Source: Camelus dromedarius (Eukaryota). Taken from it: DNA of 64,000 bases. The notes below the pieces were generated by a model. That model was not told the origin of the DNA. It saw only the letters and a program-made list of their open reading frames with translations, and searched no databases. Where the stretch lies: contig NC_087437.1 in assembly GCF_036321535.1 (NCBI RefSeq), positions 115,074,001 through 115,138,000 of the forward strand. Reading direction: 5' to 3'. This document shows, piece after piece, positions 39,293 through 52,859 of the stretch. Each line of letters opens with the position of its first letter. Within the stretch, counting starts at the first letter, position 1. A program made the translations under genes and the position numbers.

Positions 39293-41474
39293 GCCTACAA
39301 TATGTCCTCCTGCATCTCCAACTCTTTCTGGGCAAAACAGTAACATTCTATTGTGTGGCATTTTCTAGAATGGCTGCAAGTTGTATGCCATGCCACATAT
39401 TGTTAGTGAACTTTCACAACATCATGAATGAAATGCACATCATTACTCCCATTTTACAAATGAAGAGGTTTGTCCAAGTTTACACAATGAGCAATGGAAC
39501 TGGGACTCCATTCTGCTATAATGCCTCCCAGTAAACGTTTACATAGTAAATACAGGACAAATACTAAATGAGACAAAGATGGGAAATGGAGGCAATAGAG
39601 CTTCTAGCGTTGACTTAATTAAGTAAAACTAGATATGGGCATGTTTATAGGCAAAAGGAATAAAGAAGAGCAGAAAAAGACCAGTCCAAGGTATGGCTGA
39701 AGAGTTCTAACAGGAGCTCTAGTAACGCAGGCAAATAGGAGGGAGGGTTATGGACAGAAAGGAAGGTGCACTAAGGAGACCTAAGAGATGTGGGAGGATA
39801 CAGATGGCTGGTGGGAGGCTGGGAATGAAGCTGCCTTGTAGAGTCCATGAGGAGCTTATACTTGAAGTCTGTTTTGAGGGTAAAAAAGGAGGAGGGGCAT
39901 AAAGTTAAGAAAAGTACTGAAGGTCACAAGAGTTCTTCGATGAGTGTATTCAACTGGTAAGTGAAAAATATTGCCCTGCTCGAAGGGAGGAGCATATCAT
40001 GCCCATGCAGAAAGAAACTCAGTGATGAGTATTTCATTTTTACAGTTTTTCCATGTTCTGAGAATTGGAGAAAGGACTACATTTTTTGTATGTGCAGACT
40101 GAAGTCTCATTCAGTAGGTTCAGAAAGAACTGCATAAAAGCAGGGACTAAGATAGAGCATATCAACAAGGGGGGTGGAGCATTACTAAGAGGACTGACAT
40201 TTCTCAAACGAACATTCGTACTTGTATCTCCAAAGAGCTCAGCACTTGGTAGATGGGACACAGAAGTCTATGGAATGAACGTATGGTTATACTTCACTAG
40301 AGCATGCAGGATCAACACCCTGGAAATATTAAAAAATGTACTGAACAGAACTCTACTCAAGGGGAGGACTTTCCTTTCCTTCATTCTTACTTTTTTACAA
40401 AGAGGTATTGAGCTATTCAGCAATTCTCTTTTTTATGATTATAACATATAACACCATATTTTCACTAACAGCAAAAACAATTCACATTAGTAGGGGTTCT
40501 TCCATCCACCAGAGTTAATTTTTTAAGTGGATAAGCAATTAAAGATGCCAAGTAGATTAAAATTGATCCCCAGCATAAACGTTGTGATCAATAAAAAACA
40601 ATCTGTAAATTTGATTGCAGAAATCCTTTTTACTTAAGTCCACCATAAGCATAATTTTCAGGATCACTCCTTTAATCTCACCTACTGGAAAAGAAAATAT
40701 AATAAAATTATTGCTGTGGAACATAGTTTCCAGAAAAAGATAATATACCTATTTTAAAATTTTTAACCATTCATGGCAGACAAGTGCGCGATTATCAGAC
40801 CATACTGCTAATCACGGAAAATGTGTGATTAAAAAGCCCCTTGGGTCTAACCAAGCTCCGAAACTAGTTTGAAAAAATGCTCTCAAAAATGCACTGTGCT
40901 TTATTTAACTGGTTCCAACAGCCCCAGACTGGTTTTTATGGTTTGGCAACTTTATACATTGTCCTTTGGCATCCTGCAATGAGGGTTTAACTATCTCAGC
41001 CATCATCCATTTCTTAGTGATGCATCTGTTGCCAGTTCTACTTGACTCCTGTGAAACCTTAGATAACATATCAACAGCCCCACTTACTATTTTATCTCCC
41101 AGAAAGTATGCCTTGCTGTTCAGCTTGTGAGAGAAGAACATCAGTGCTCCACTCTTGATTCCACTTCTCACCTGCTTCTCCTCCTGCCTCTGTCATCCAT
41201 TACATTATCAAATCTAAGGACATGCATACTCAGCTCAGTAGCACCTGTTGTACCTCCTGTTGCTTACAGATTCATTCTAAAAGTTGATACATATAAACTT
41301 TTTTAATGACTCATAAATTACATTAATAACTGTATAGATGTTTTTACTACAGAGACAATCAGTAGGATTACATTTCCTTCTCAATGAAATCACTGTGCCG
41401 ATCAATGAGAATGTTTCTAGTATTAAAATTTTAAAGATACTTTTTTTCCCCTATTCTAACAGATACAATTATAC

Positions 41475-41906
41475 AGTGCATTGAATGGTAGCCTGCCCAA
41501 AAGATGTCCGTGTCTTCATTCCTGGAATCTGTGAATGTTGCCTTCTTTGGAAAAAGGTTCTTTGCAGATACAATTAAGTTAAATATCTTGAGATGAGATC
41601 ATCCTGGATTACCCAGGTGGACCCTACATCCAATGGCAAATGCGAGAAAGGCTAGAGAAGACCCAGATGCACAGAGGAAGATAAAACTAGAGACTGGAGG
41701 GATGTAGCTATGAATCAAGGAAGATGGCAACCACCAGAAGCTGAAAGGGACTGCGTTCCCCCCCAGCCCCTCCAGAGGGAACACAGCCTTAATGAGACTT
41801 TGATTTCAGACTTCTGGCCTCCAGAACTATGAGAAAAGAAACTTCTGTGGCTTTAAGCTACTCGGTTTGTGGTAATTTGCTATAACAGCCATAGGGAACT
41901 AACACA
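41475..41906 (+). mobile_element. MLT1C/D solo LTR
   Basis: cctggaatctgtgaatgttgcc..gagatcatcctggattacccaggtgg..gacttctggcctccagaactatgag..gcc.tagggaactaaca. Confidence 0.9.
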
Positions 41907-42554
41907 TGTGTCCAGGTTTTACTAAACACAGTACACACATTAGCAATCTCCTCTCTCTTCCAGGGATCTTCCTTGTCAAGTGCTCGGTCTCATTCCACTC
42001 GGAAAGGGTTCATCTCGGCTTCTTTCTAACTGTCTTCCTAGGACCTCCTTAACTGCTTTTATAAATTGGACGCACTGTTTCTGGGATCTCATGTTTTCAA
42101 CTTTCTTGGTTTCTTTTCTTATTTGTCAAAGCATATCCTCAAGTAACTCCCTAAGAAAAGACATGCATGAAACTAACTTTCTGAGACTTTCAGTGTAGTG
42201 TCCCCAAGTCTCTTTACCTGTCTTTAAATCTAATTGATTATTTGGGTGGAAATGATTCTAGACTAAAAATCATCCTCCCTAGGAACTTTAGCACTACTCA
42301 TTCTCATTCTCTTGTAGATATCTGTATTTATCACTCTCGCAAAGTGTTTAGAATACTTCCTTTATCCTTGGTTCCCTAAGAATTTCACAATGATATTTAG
42401 ATATATCTTTCTAAAATCCACTCTGCTTGACGGTAGGTGGAGCCTTTCAACATTAACAGACATGTGTTCACCTATTATTTATTTGGTAATCTCTCCCCTC
42501 CCCCACCCCTATTCTCTAGTCTCCTTTATCAGTTGCCAGGACTATCCATCAGAA

Positions 42555-42730
42555 CTTGCTGCAATGTTGGAAATTTTCCATAAATCTGCACTGCTCAAAA
42601 GCAGCAATCTACATATGACTTTTGAGCAACTGAAATGAGACTGGTGTCACTAACGAACTGAATATTTAATTTTTATTAATTTGTATTTAAATGGCAACAG
42701 GAAGCTAGTAGTTACTGTATCAGTACCATC
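42555..42730. mobile_element. MER3-like hAT MITE within an old antisense L1/HAL1-like block (~41910-43100)
   Basis: aatgttggaaattttc..tctgcactg..ttgagcaactgaaatg..gaactgaatatttaattttattaatt..gctagtagttactgtat. Confidence 0.65.
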
Positions 42731-43609
42731 CCTTAGAACTTTAGGACTTACCTTCTATGTCTCTATTTTCTCCCACATTCCCCATACTTTTATACTTTCA
42801 GTCTTTATCTAAAACACTTTTCTTGATGGTATCTTTATTTTAGCTCTTTATTTTTTTTTTTAATTTGGCAATCATTCTACATTTCCAATATTGTAACTCT
42901 TTAATAGAATCCTATTCTTGCTTTAAGGACAAAATATTCTTGACTACAGATTCATACCCTAATGAGATGTTTTCAAATTCTATTCCTTTCCTTGAATTAG
43001 CTATTTTTCCTTGGTAGTCAGTTTTCCTATTTATCTTGGCCTTTTTCATTGTAACTTTTTATACCATTCTCAGTAATCCTTGGCTTTCCATTCATATTCA
43101 AACTGGAGCTAATAAAAAGACTGATGCATGGTGGGACACAATTCTCCAGGAATATTTTCACATTTTTGCACAGTCTAGGCATTCACAGCAAAGAGCACTG
43201 GTCAACGTGATTAAAGGATGACTGAACAGAAAATATGCCTTAGTGTACAGCAACATACCTCAATAAAAATAAATAAAGTTGGGGGCGGGGCAGAAAATAC
43301 GCCCTGGAACCTAGAGGTAGTATGTACATTGCACCAGCGAGATTCAGATGGACTTCCTTGGATCATTTGTTTACATTTCAGGTTAGTAAAACCTTAGTGG
43401 CTTTCCCTTCCCCTCCTCTGCTGTCCCTTTCCTCCCCTTTCTCAGAGAGGATTTGCTTATATTCCAGAGTAAAGTGTTTCCCCTCCCCGAGAGGGGAGGA
43501 GGGACAGATGTGTCAACCAAGTCTCTTAATTGGGGAAGCCCTCTCCACGGTACAACCCAGTTGCACATGCAGGCTGTTAAGAGCTGTTTGCGTGCTCCAC
43601 TCTCTGCCA

Positions 43610-43778
43610 AATTCATAATGTTTAAATTCTAACCCCCAGTATCTTAGAATATGACTATATTTGGAGACAAGGTCTTTACGGATGGGATTAAGTTAAAGTA
43701 AGGTTGTCAGGGTGGATCTTAATCCACTATGACTGGTGTCCTTATACAAAGAGTAAATTTGGACACAGATGGACAGAT

Positions 43779-43816
<38 letters not shown>

Positions 43817-44017
43817 GGAAGGCAACGGGAAGACCCAGGGAGGTGACCATCCACAAGCCAAAGAGAGAGGACTTCCCTCATGGTTCTCAAAAGGAACCAA
43901 CCTTGCCCACAACTTGACCTCAGTCTTCTATCCTGAGAAACTGTCAGAAAATAAATTTCTGTGGTTTAAGCCACTGAACGAATGATAGCTGGTTATGGCA
44001 GCCCTGGCAAACTAATG
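43610..44017 (+). mobile_element. MLT1A/B solo LTR containing a (CA)n tract
   Basis: aattctaacccccagt..gaatatgactatatttggagacaaggtcttta..aataaatttctgtggtttaagccac..atggcagccctggcaaactaat. Confidence 0.88.
43781..43813. repeat. (AC)n microsatellite, ~16 units
   Basis: Read directly. Confidence 0.95.
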
Positions 44018-45639
44018 TCAGCGTCTTCCTGTGCTGTCCCGTGGGGGCGGGAGCACTAAGCAGCCCTGTGAGCAACCCAAGTCCTGTTCTCTGATTCAGA
44101 AATTTCATGTTTCTTGTCAAAATACCTATGTAGAGAGATATGCTTCTTTGAGATACCAATACCAGGCTAACTGCCTAAGGTAACAACAGAAAGTCACTCA
44201 ATTTCTTTAAAGATAGGTATTTTACTTGGGGTAAAACTACCTGCCATTTCTGCCATGGAGGCAGAGGAAGGTGGGGGCACTGACAATTGAGAATATAACT
44301 GGGTCCCCTGCTTTCAGCCCTCACAGTAGATACACCCCAAGTCTGGAGCTGGTGAGGACTCTGCTGGGACTCCCTCCACAGTGAGATCTGCACGTGTACC
44401 TAGGCTTCACCAGCCATGACTCTTTCTTCTGCTTTCTACGTTCTGCAAAACGGTTTAACTATCATCTGCTTGTGACCATCTCTGACGTTTCATGATGCTG
44501 TAAATGTTTAACTCTTACTCTCATGCAGTCCTTTCACTGGGGGCTCAAGGAGAGAAGATGATCATGTGTACAGACTGCACCATCAACTAGAAGTGTCTAC
44601 AGTCTTCCCTGAATATTGTTTCCTGATATTAAATAGAGGCCCAGAGTTATCTTAACTACAACGCACATTCTCAAATAGCTAAATGAACACATGACAGGTT
44701 ATACGAAACTTTTTTCTCAAAACTTGTTTCAAGCTCTATCAAAAATTTTTAAGGAAAACTAAAGTAGCAGAAATCTTTGAGGATACCCTGAGAGTGGGAA
44801 AGAAGTTAAAACTTTCAGAATATAAAAATAAAGTTCTTGTATCAGAAGAATGACTTTTTCTGGAAACTGAAAAATGTTATATTTAGCTATTGAGTACTTC
44901 AGAGTTCGGTGTTCTTAGTATGTAGAAGAGAATATATTTTAAACCTTTAAAAAAAAACATACAGTTTCTTACTTTCAGTTCCAGAGCTGGTTTCTGAACC
45001 ACCGATTCTCAGAAATCTCACTAGTAATGCTCCCCAATGACTTGCGCCCCACCCTCGATCTAACAGTATCACGATAATTGATTGGACAGAAGACAAGCAG
45101 CCTAAGATATAGGACACAGCCATGCTTTTACAGCTTACATGTTCTGCGTTTCTATCACCACAGTGGAAGGGAAAGATCAACTCCTCTCAATTCCCTGAGA
45201 GATGTGTTCTTGCACATAAATTGGCATTTAGGCTCAATTAGATATCGAAGACCTGGTCCTTTAAAGCCAAGCAAGAAAGTCCCAGCCAGACAGGTTGCTG
45301 CTACTATGTATCTTCTGACTTTTTATGTGCTCAGGACTATAACCTAATGAAAGGGCAAAAAGGTAAAAGGAATACCTGATGAGGAGGAAGAGGATGGAAA
45401 GAAAAGGATGCAGGGATTTACTTTACTGTCTACTTGACTGGAATCCCAGCAGGCAGACTATCACACTAGAGAATCCAGATGAAGGATCTAATATAGATCA
45501 CACAACTAAGCTCTGCTCCTTAACAGGTGACTCAGATAACGTCTGAAGACAGCTGGTTAAACATGAAAACAGTAACGTAAGTGATGGCTAGAGCTCTCCA
45601 ACCCCACCTGCAGCCTAGACAAGGATTCCTGTGGCCACA

Positions 45640-45830
45640 GGTAGATTAGCACATGCCAGGCATGGTTCTGAGCATTTTACAGCCATTGCTCATTTAATAC
45701 TCACAATACATTTTCCTCGCTTTGCAGATAAGGAGAATGAGGTAGAGAGAGGTTAAGTAACCTGCCCAAAGTCACACAGCTAGTTAAGTGGAAGAGGCAC
45801 AGATCTAACTTTGACAGTCATTCCCTAGCT
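45640..45830 (-). mobile_element. MIR SINE
   Basis: tttgcagataaggagaatgaggtagagagaggttaagtaacctgcccaaagtcacacagctagt. Confidence 0.85.
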
Positions 45831-46704
45831 CCTTGTTCACTTTGCCAAAACAGTATTTTTAAATTGCTTTCTTTCATTTAAGAAATGAATATTATGCTAA
45901 CTCAAGAGTCAATAAAATGTGTCCTCAAAGATAGGAAAACACGTTCCCTCAAACGACAGTCCTTACTTGCAGAATGAACCTCAAAAGGGGTGTCAAGCAT
46001 TACCAGGTTCACAGCCACCTTCTCTTAGCACCCAACTTTTGGTTTCAATATTTGGATGATTAAAGAAAGCACAAGAGTGTGCTCTTTATTTCCCAGTTTC
46101 TGAAAGAGCAAAAAAAGTGAACTTTCTCCCCTTGGAGGTTACCATGAGACACAGAGGGTGTACAGAACCAAAGAAACTAGGAAACAGTTTAACAAACTTT
46201 AGAAACAAATATATTTTAAAATATTTGATCTGGGCACTGATTGGATATGGAGATTTCAATACTCAGTCAAGGCAAAACACAGTATTAAAATAACTAGAAT
46301 GAAAAGAAGAGGACAGGGTGATAGCCAAGCCTAAAACAAACGGAACTTCCAAGGTAAGAAGGAAAGTATGGGATCAAAGACTCCCACATCAAAATTACTG
46401 CAGCTTGAAATAACTGAAATACCCGCATCTTGAAAATATTTCCAGAGTCAAAATTAGCCCACAAACTGTGGGCCTAAGTTTTGAAAAGAAAAGATTCTCC
46501 TTCACGTTTGTCCAGAATGAAGAATCTGCTATGATTTAGTATTATCATTGGACACACATTGGCGCTTCATTAATACTTAATAGTCACATAGTTTCTTCAC
46601 GTTGAGGTTACCTGATTCCAAATGTGGAAGCAAATTTTCTTCTCTAATTGTGAAGGGGTGTATATGAAAAGAAAAGAAAGTAACTGAGCATGAACTTGCC
46701 CAAC

Positions 46705-46890
46705 CACGGGCGAGACAAGAGCCGGAGAACGACCCATCGCAAGAGTGGCGGAGCCTGAGCGAGACCAGGGGCTAGCGTGACCTATCGCGAGAAAGACCAA
46801 GCGTGAGTCACTTACTGAGAGAACACGCAAGGGTGAACGTGACCTATCGCGAGAATACCGGGAGCGAACCCAAGCACAAGCGTGACCCTG
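46705..46890. repeat. CpG-dense degenerate tandem array (~4 units) with an exact 18-bp repeat
   Basis: cgtgacctatcgcgagaa at 46776-46793 and 46838-46855; degenerate copies cgacccatcgcaagag (~46730) and agcgtgaccc (~46879); about 18 CpGs in ~180 bp. Confidence 0.8.
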
Positions 46891-49639
46891 TAGGAGTATG
46901 TCCTTGGGCTTTGGGTGGAGCAGCAGAGTGAGGCTATGTATGCAAAGGCAGTTCCCAGCAAACACTTCTAAGGCTTCAGTTCAACAATAATTTTTCAGGT
47001 TGAGAAACAAGAACAAGCTCTTAAGAAAAGAGTAATGACCTGTGACCGGTGGAGGGCTGCATTGTCCGCTGGCAGTCTTCTCAAGAGGACCACTATCCTG
47101 GATGCCTGAATGGAGGTCTTCAGCATCCTTTCACCCATCTCCAGTGTCCTGGCCTTGCAGAACCCCACAGGGAACCCAAGGACTGGGGAGGAGCCATTTA
47201 CAACAGAACAGGCAACTGCTTCCAAGATTTAAAGCCAGGGGATTTCAAGGTGTCTGACTCAGATTATCAGTAAAGCAACTCACAAGTTTTGTTTTTCCTA
47301 AATATTGTGACAAAGACTTTAATTTCATATTATGTCAAGAGTTTTATGGCGCCAAGAAGCTTTCCAGTACTGAATACTCCTATATGAATCCCACAGAAAC
47401 CAGACAGCAAAAACAGCAATCATAGCTATCACCTTTTGGGTCAAAATTTTGATTAAAACCAAATGACAACTAAAATGTATTTTATTAGCAGTAAGATTAA
47501 ATCCAGAGCATATGTCAAAGCTGTAAAGTCACAATTTCTCTAGATTACAGTTGTAAGCAGTAATTTTATAACTCAGCCCCTCCCTAGCCCATAAATCCAA
47601 ATACAGTTCTGACAGCCGCCCTGAACTACAGGGTGATACCCACTCAGTACAAGACCTGGGGGAAGTGGTCCTTTCTCTGGGGCCTCTCTCCCTAAGCAAG
47701 GCCACACCAGGCCTCCCTGCTCCCACGTGTTTATGGACCTGGGCATGTCTCCCAATCCAGGGCTGGTGGGATCAGGTGTCATAGGAGTACAGTGTCCCTG
47801 CACACCCTGCATCAGCTGTTCCTGGGCAGACATGTCCCTGGAGTGGTCTAATTAGCCACTATAAAGATGTCATGTTTTGCCAGCAATCATCAGGGCCAGG
47901 TCATTTTCAGATGAAAATATCTCTTCAGGCAGGTCAGAGGGGTGCCCTCTTTCTGAAGCTTTCTGTGGGCTTCCCATGCTTTAGCCACTGCTACAAAGAG
48001 CTAATTTCCATTTCTTTAATCCAACCAGGAGTCACTTGGCTTATCTTTATCCTCTAGCCAAGCATGCCCACATCTGATTTGTCTTCTTACTCAATATGTC
48101 ATACAAAGATGCCCACGGCTTCTTCCTGGCTCCTATCCCCAGTGCCACTGTCTGAATTCTCATCCTTATTATGGTTTGCTTGGATTAGTGACACAGTCTC
48201 CAAAAAAAATCCCTGAGTCCATCCACCACTCCTTCTAGCCACTATCACAAGATTATTCTGGAACACACTCAGAGGGCTCCACAGTCCTCCACAGGCAAGC
48301 TGTCTATCCAGGCAAGTTAATCATCTTCTCCTATTGCAAAACAGGATCAGGAACTATGCTCACCCCGAGGCTAAGACAGAAAAACTATTTTGCTTACCAG
48401 TATAGGGAAAATCCTGGTGCTTTAAAAAAAAAAAAAAAAAGGCAGTAAGTATTAAGGAATGAGCTAATAAGCTTTTTTTTCCCTATGGTAGAAACTATAC
48501 TAAAACTGTTTGCTGAATGATGATAAATGTACACAAAATGGATAGACCTTGATGTTCTTAGCACTGGGATTTGATCTGCTTATTGTTCAGAAAGCTATTT
48601 ATAAAGGTTTTGTGAAGATATAAAGCATTACAAATACTGTGTATTATGTTATATAAATTTTATAATCTGAGGATCCTTTTAGATAGAAACTTCTAATATG
48701 CAATTCAAAATCCTCCCAAATACACACTGTAACAAGTTTTAGACATTTAAAAATACAATGCAAAAGACAGCATCTTGGCCAACTCCGCATCAAGGAAAAG
48801 TCCAAACAGAATGAAAGAGGCTGAGGTTGAATGATAAATCCCAGTGAAAAAACTTTATTAATCAAGAGGGCATTAAAGTTTAACTTATCCAATGGGTGCA
48901 AGTATCACAACTCCTTAATCTCAAACACACAAAATTATCGGCAGAAATGGAATGGTATTTGTTTAAAAAAAAAAAATTATTTCGCAGTACTGTTAGCCCA
49001 TAGAAGAACAAAATTAGTAAGATCCATGGCAGTCAAATGGGGAAGAAATGAGTGGTAATTTTTACACATCAGAGGAGTTGGTTTTTCATAAAAGTATAAT
49101 TTTAGAGAAATGTGCAAGTCAGCTGCAATCATGAACGTTGTCGCGAGCTCTATCATGAAAGCCACTTTTGTCTTCACAGGCTCAGTACAGCCCAGCCCCT
49201 GCTGAAACCCTGACATGTCGAGCAGCTAACCAAGTACTCACACTAGGGGCTGTGGGGTCGGGGTGAGGGAACAGCAACAAAATGTAAATTGAAAACAAAA
49301 TGAATATGTTTCCTGAAACAAAGCCAGAATCTGAATAACCCTTAGGTGATGCCCATTTATGCAGTTGATAGTTTTCCAAGTTTTTCTTTCCACACTTTTC
49401 AAGTAACATAGAATCTGAGCCAATTGTAAAGCCAGAGAATACTTAGGACTATTTTTAGGTCATGTCATCCCATTTTTAGTTGACTAGTGTAACCTAAGCT
49501 GTAGTTTCATTTCGAAGCTGCCTGAGTTCTCCTTGCACCAGTGCCAGGATGCAAGCTTCTACCCTCCCAGGAAACTGGCCAGTGATATTCCATCTCCCGT
49601 CCTGCTGTCAGCTTCTTAGTCATGCAAGTTTTCCTTCCT

Positions 49640-50085
49640 GCAGTAGTGGGCTAATTGTGGCCCTCCCTTCCCCCAAAACATATGTCCATGTCCTAATACC
49701 CAGACCCTGTGAATGTTTTCTTATTTGGAAAAAGGGTTTTGGAGATGTGATTAAAAATCCTGAAGTGAGAATCCCAGGGTGGGCTCTAAATACAATGACA
49801 TATGTCCTTTTAAGAGGCAGAAGAGAAGACACAGACACAGAAAAGGCCACATGAAGACAAAGGCAAAGACTAGAATGATGACTCTACAAGCCATAGAACA
49901 CCAGGAACTACCAGAAGCTGGAAGATGCAAAGATACTCCTCTAGAGACTCCAAAGGAAGCATCGCCCTGTTGATACCCTGACTTGGGACTTCTGGCCTCC
50001 AGAACTGTGGGAGAACAGTTTTCTGTTGTTTTAAGCCACTCAGGTTGTGGTCATTTGTTTCAGCAGCCCCAAGAAACTAATACAA
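49640..50085 (+). mobile_element. MLT1 (C/D-like) solo LTR
   Basis: tatgtccatgtcctaatacc..gtgaatgt..ttatttggaaaaaggg..gacttctggcctccagaactgtg..gcagccccaagaaactaataca. Confidence 0.9.
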
Positions 50086-50621
50086 TCCAGATACATAGAT
50101 AAACTCTCTTTTCACAGATAAGTCTCATTTCTAAGCAGCAAAGAACATCACTTAAACAGTAATGGGGACAAACAATCCCATCTTCAGAGCAATCTAAGCC
50201 TTTGGTCTGTACAGTTATATTAAGTAGGACTGAAGATGGGTACTGCTCCACATATTCAATGCTGCACAAATATCCATGGTTGAAAAGACACAAGAGCTCA
50301 GTGGACAGAATTAGCATGTTCACTTCAAAAAACAAAAACAAAACACATTTTTCAGTGTTGCTTTAGTAAATACTGGATTCAAAGGGGCTTGTTTCAGTCA
50401 GATGTGGATAGCTGCCTTCCAGAAATGAATCTGAAATTGTTGACCGTCTTTCATAGATTCACATATTACGAAGCTGTCTGGGAAGATGCCTGACTCTGAA
50501 ATCTCCCTCATACACGTTGTAAGGACTCATTATCTGTGAGAATTTGCTTTTCTTCCTATATAGAAACACAACCACACTTCTGCTTTATTATAAGGTGCAG
50601 TTCTGAAGAGGAGGTAAAAGA

Positions 50622-50881
50622 AAAAACAGACTCACTGATACAGAAAACAAACCAGTGGTTACCAAAGGGGAGAGGGAGGGCAGGAAGGGCAAATTAGGGA
50701 TATGGGATTAACAGATATGAATAAAATAGATAAGCTAACAAAGACATATTATATAGCACAAGGAATTAGAGCCATTATCTTATAATAATTTTAATGGACT
50801 ATAATCTGTAAAAATACTGAATCACTATGTTGTACAACTGAAACTAATATAAGTTAATTATACTTCAATTCAAAAAAAAAA
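50622..50881 (+). mobile_element. L1 3' UTR stub with poly(A) and degenerate TSD
   Basis: acagactcac..gtggttaccaaagggg..tatagcacaagga..tatacttcaa + poly(A); aagaggaggtaaaaga (50606) vs aaaaggaggtagaaga (50882). Confidence 0.9.
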
Positions 50882-51794
50882 AAAAGGAGGTAGAAGAGGT
50901 AGGTAGCCCAGAGAAGGAAGGACTACTGAGAGAACAGATGACAGCAAGGGACCACTGGATGCCTGAAAGGATGAGTCATACACAAGGTAGATGATCATCA
51001 AAGACAATACTCAAAACGTGGGCAAAGGAAATTAATCAGCACATGACAGAAGAGATCTAAGTCAAAAATTCACATAAGATGGTCCAGCTCATTACTAATA
51101 TCTCACATACATGTTTTTGAAAATTTCACAGTGTTTTAAGGTACAAAGAACTCCTCATACCCAAATACTTATCTGCAATGATTGTATGTGTTTTCTAACC
51201 CAACTAGATTAACACAAGTTAAAACTCAAAATGCCTACTAACTTGAATGGTAAGTTGTAAAGATAACATTTATTTCACTGAATGCCAAGATTACTGAATA
51301 ACAAAAGTGTTATTTAGCTTATAAAAGGGCCACTTGTAACTTGCTAGGACAACTTTATAAGTGCTTTTGAGGGGAGAAAAAAAATCTCAAAATATAAGTA
51401 AACTCTCATCTTCGATAAGACTCTGTTACTATCATACAGGTTAAGAATCTTATCCTATTAAGGATTTTAAATAGCTCAAGAACACAGACAGTATGCTTGG
51501 GTTGATTTAGGAAACCTGTAACATCTTAGAGATTTACTTATCCTAGTACAAATTTTATCACTAACTTTTACATAATCATAGAACTGAGGTAGACACATTG
51601 CTCAACACTTAAATTTGGTTTAAGGCAAAAATTACTAGTCCCAAATATAAAAATTACTTATCTCTAGAACAAGTGAGTAGATATTAAAAAATAAACACAA
51701 TCTACCTTTACTGTTGAAGCAGTATTGCTTCCACAAACATAGATGGAAACTCAAAAAACACTCTTTATGGAGAAATATACAAGTATTTAAAAAA

Positions 51795-52020
51795 TCAGGA
51801 GTTTGGGATTAACAGATACACATTACTATATATAAAATAGATAAGCAACAAGGACCTACTGTATAGCACAGGGAACTATATTCAATCTCTTGTAATGAGA
51901 CGTAATGGAAAAGAAACTGAAAATATACATGCATGTATCCATATGTATAACTGGACTGCTTTGCTGTACACCTGATACTTTGTAAACTGACTACACTTCA
52001 ATACAAAATAAGAATAAAAA
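51795..52020 (+). mobile_element. L1 3' UTR stub
   Basis: ggagtttgggattaacagatacac..caaggacctactgtatagcacagggaactatattcaa. Confidence 0.9.
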
Positions 52021-52859
52021 TGTTTTTTCATCTGAATCTTAGTATATTAAGATGTTATTAATATTGATAATTTCCTTTGAAGTATTTTTAGATTCTGTGT
52101 AGTAAAATTATGAAATGCAAAAATGACAAATGTCTGACATATTTTAAAACTAAAACTAAGTAGTGACTTTTCATCATGGTAAAGATAGGAGATTATAAAA
52201 TAATGTTCCTATACTATGAGAAAGAAATACTGGCTAAATTACAATATTGCTTTTAAATTAAAATTGTCATCTCATTTTTAAAAGTCCATTAAGATTTTCA
52301 TTTTCAAGAGGGATGGGGAAGCAATATAAAGATAAAATTGATTAAGAAGGATGAATTTCATACATGAATTATATCTCAATAAAAAAATGATAAAGACTTA
52401 GGCACACCCACAAAAAGTTTGGGGGGCATTTATTTATCTTCCATCATACTGTCATAAATTAAAGGTGTTTCTTAATTTGCCAAAAATATTTAAACTTAGT
52501 TGGCATATACTTAAATTTTAATGGGTTGAATGTGTCAACAAAGGGTATTCTGTTGGCTTTTGATGTCATTGTTCCAACTGCAAGCAAAACAAAAAAATAA
52601 GCCATTGTCCAGATATTAGTAACAATTTATGATGTTTGTGAAAGTCTAGAGTTCATTAAAGTTTGATTGTAAATAGCCCCAAACCATCAGTACATTACTT
52701 ACTATTATGATTATTTACAGTAATGTAAAATGTTATGTAGGAGTAAAATGAGGCCCGAGTAAAGGATAAAGTTTACAGCCTCCACCATCTTACGCAGAAG
52801 TCATATACTGCAACTTCTTGGGAAGGCAGGAGGATTTAACCAGTGCTTAAATACGGCAA

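Noticed and set aside
46776..46855. Relationship between the 62-bp spacing here and the 62-bp VNTR at 13135
   Set aside because: The units share no sequence similarity, so the equal period is treated as coincidence.
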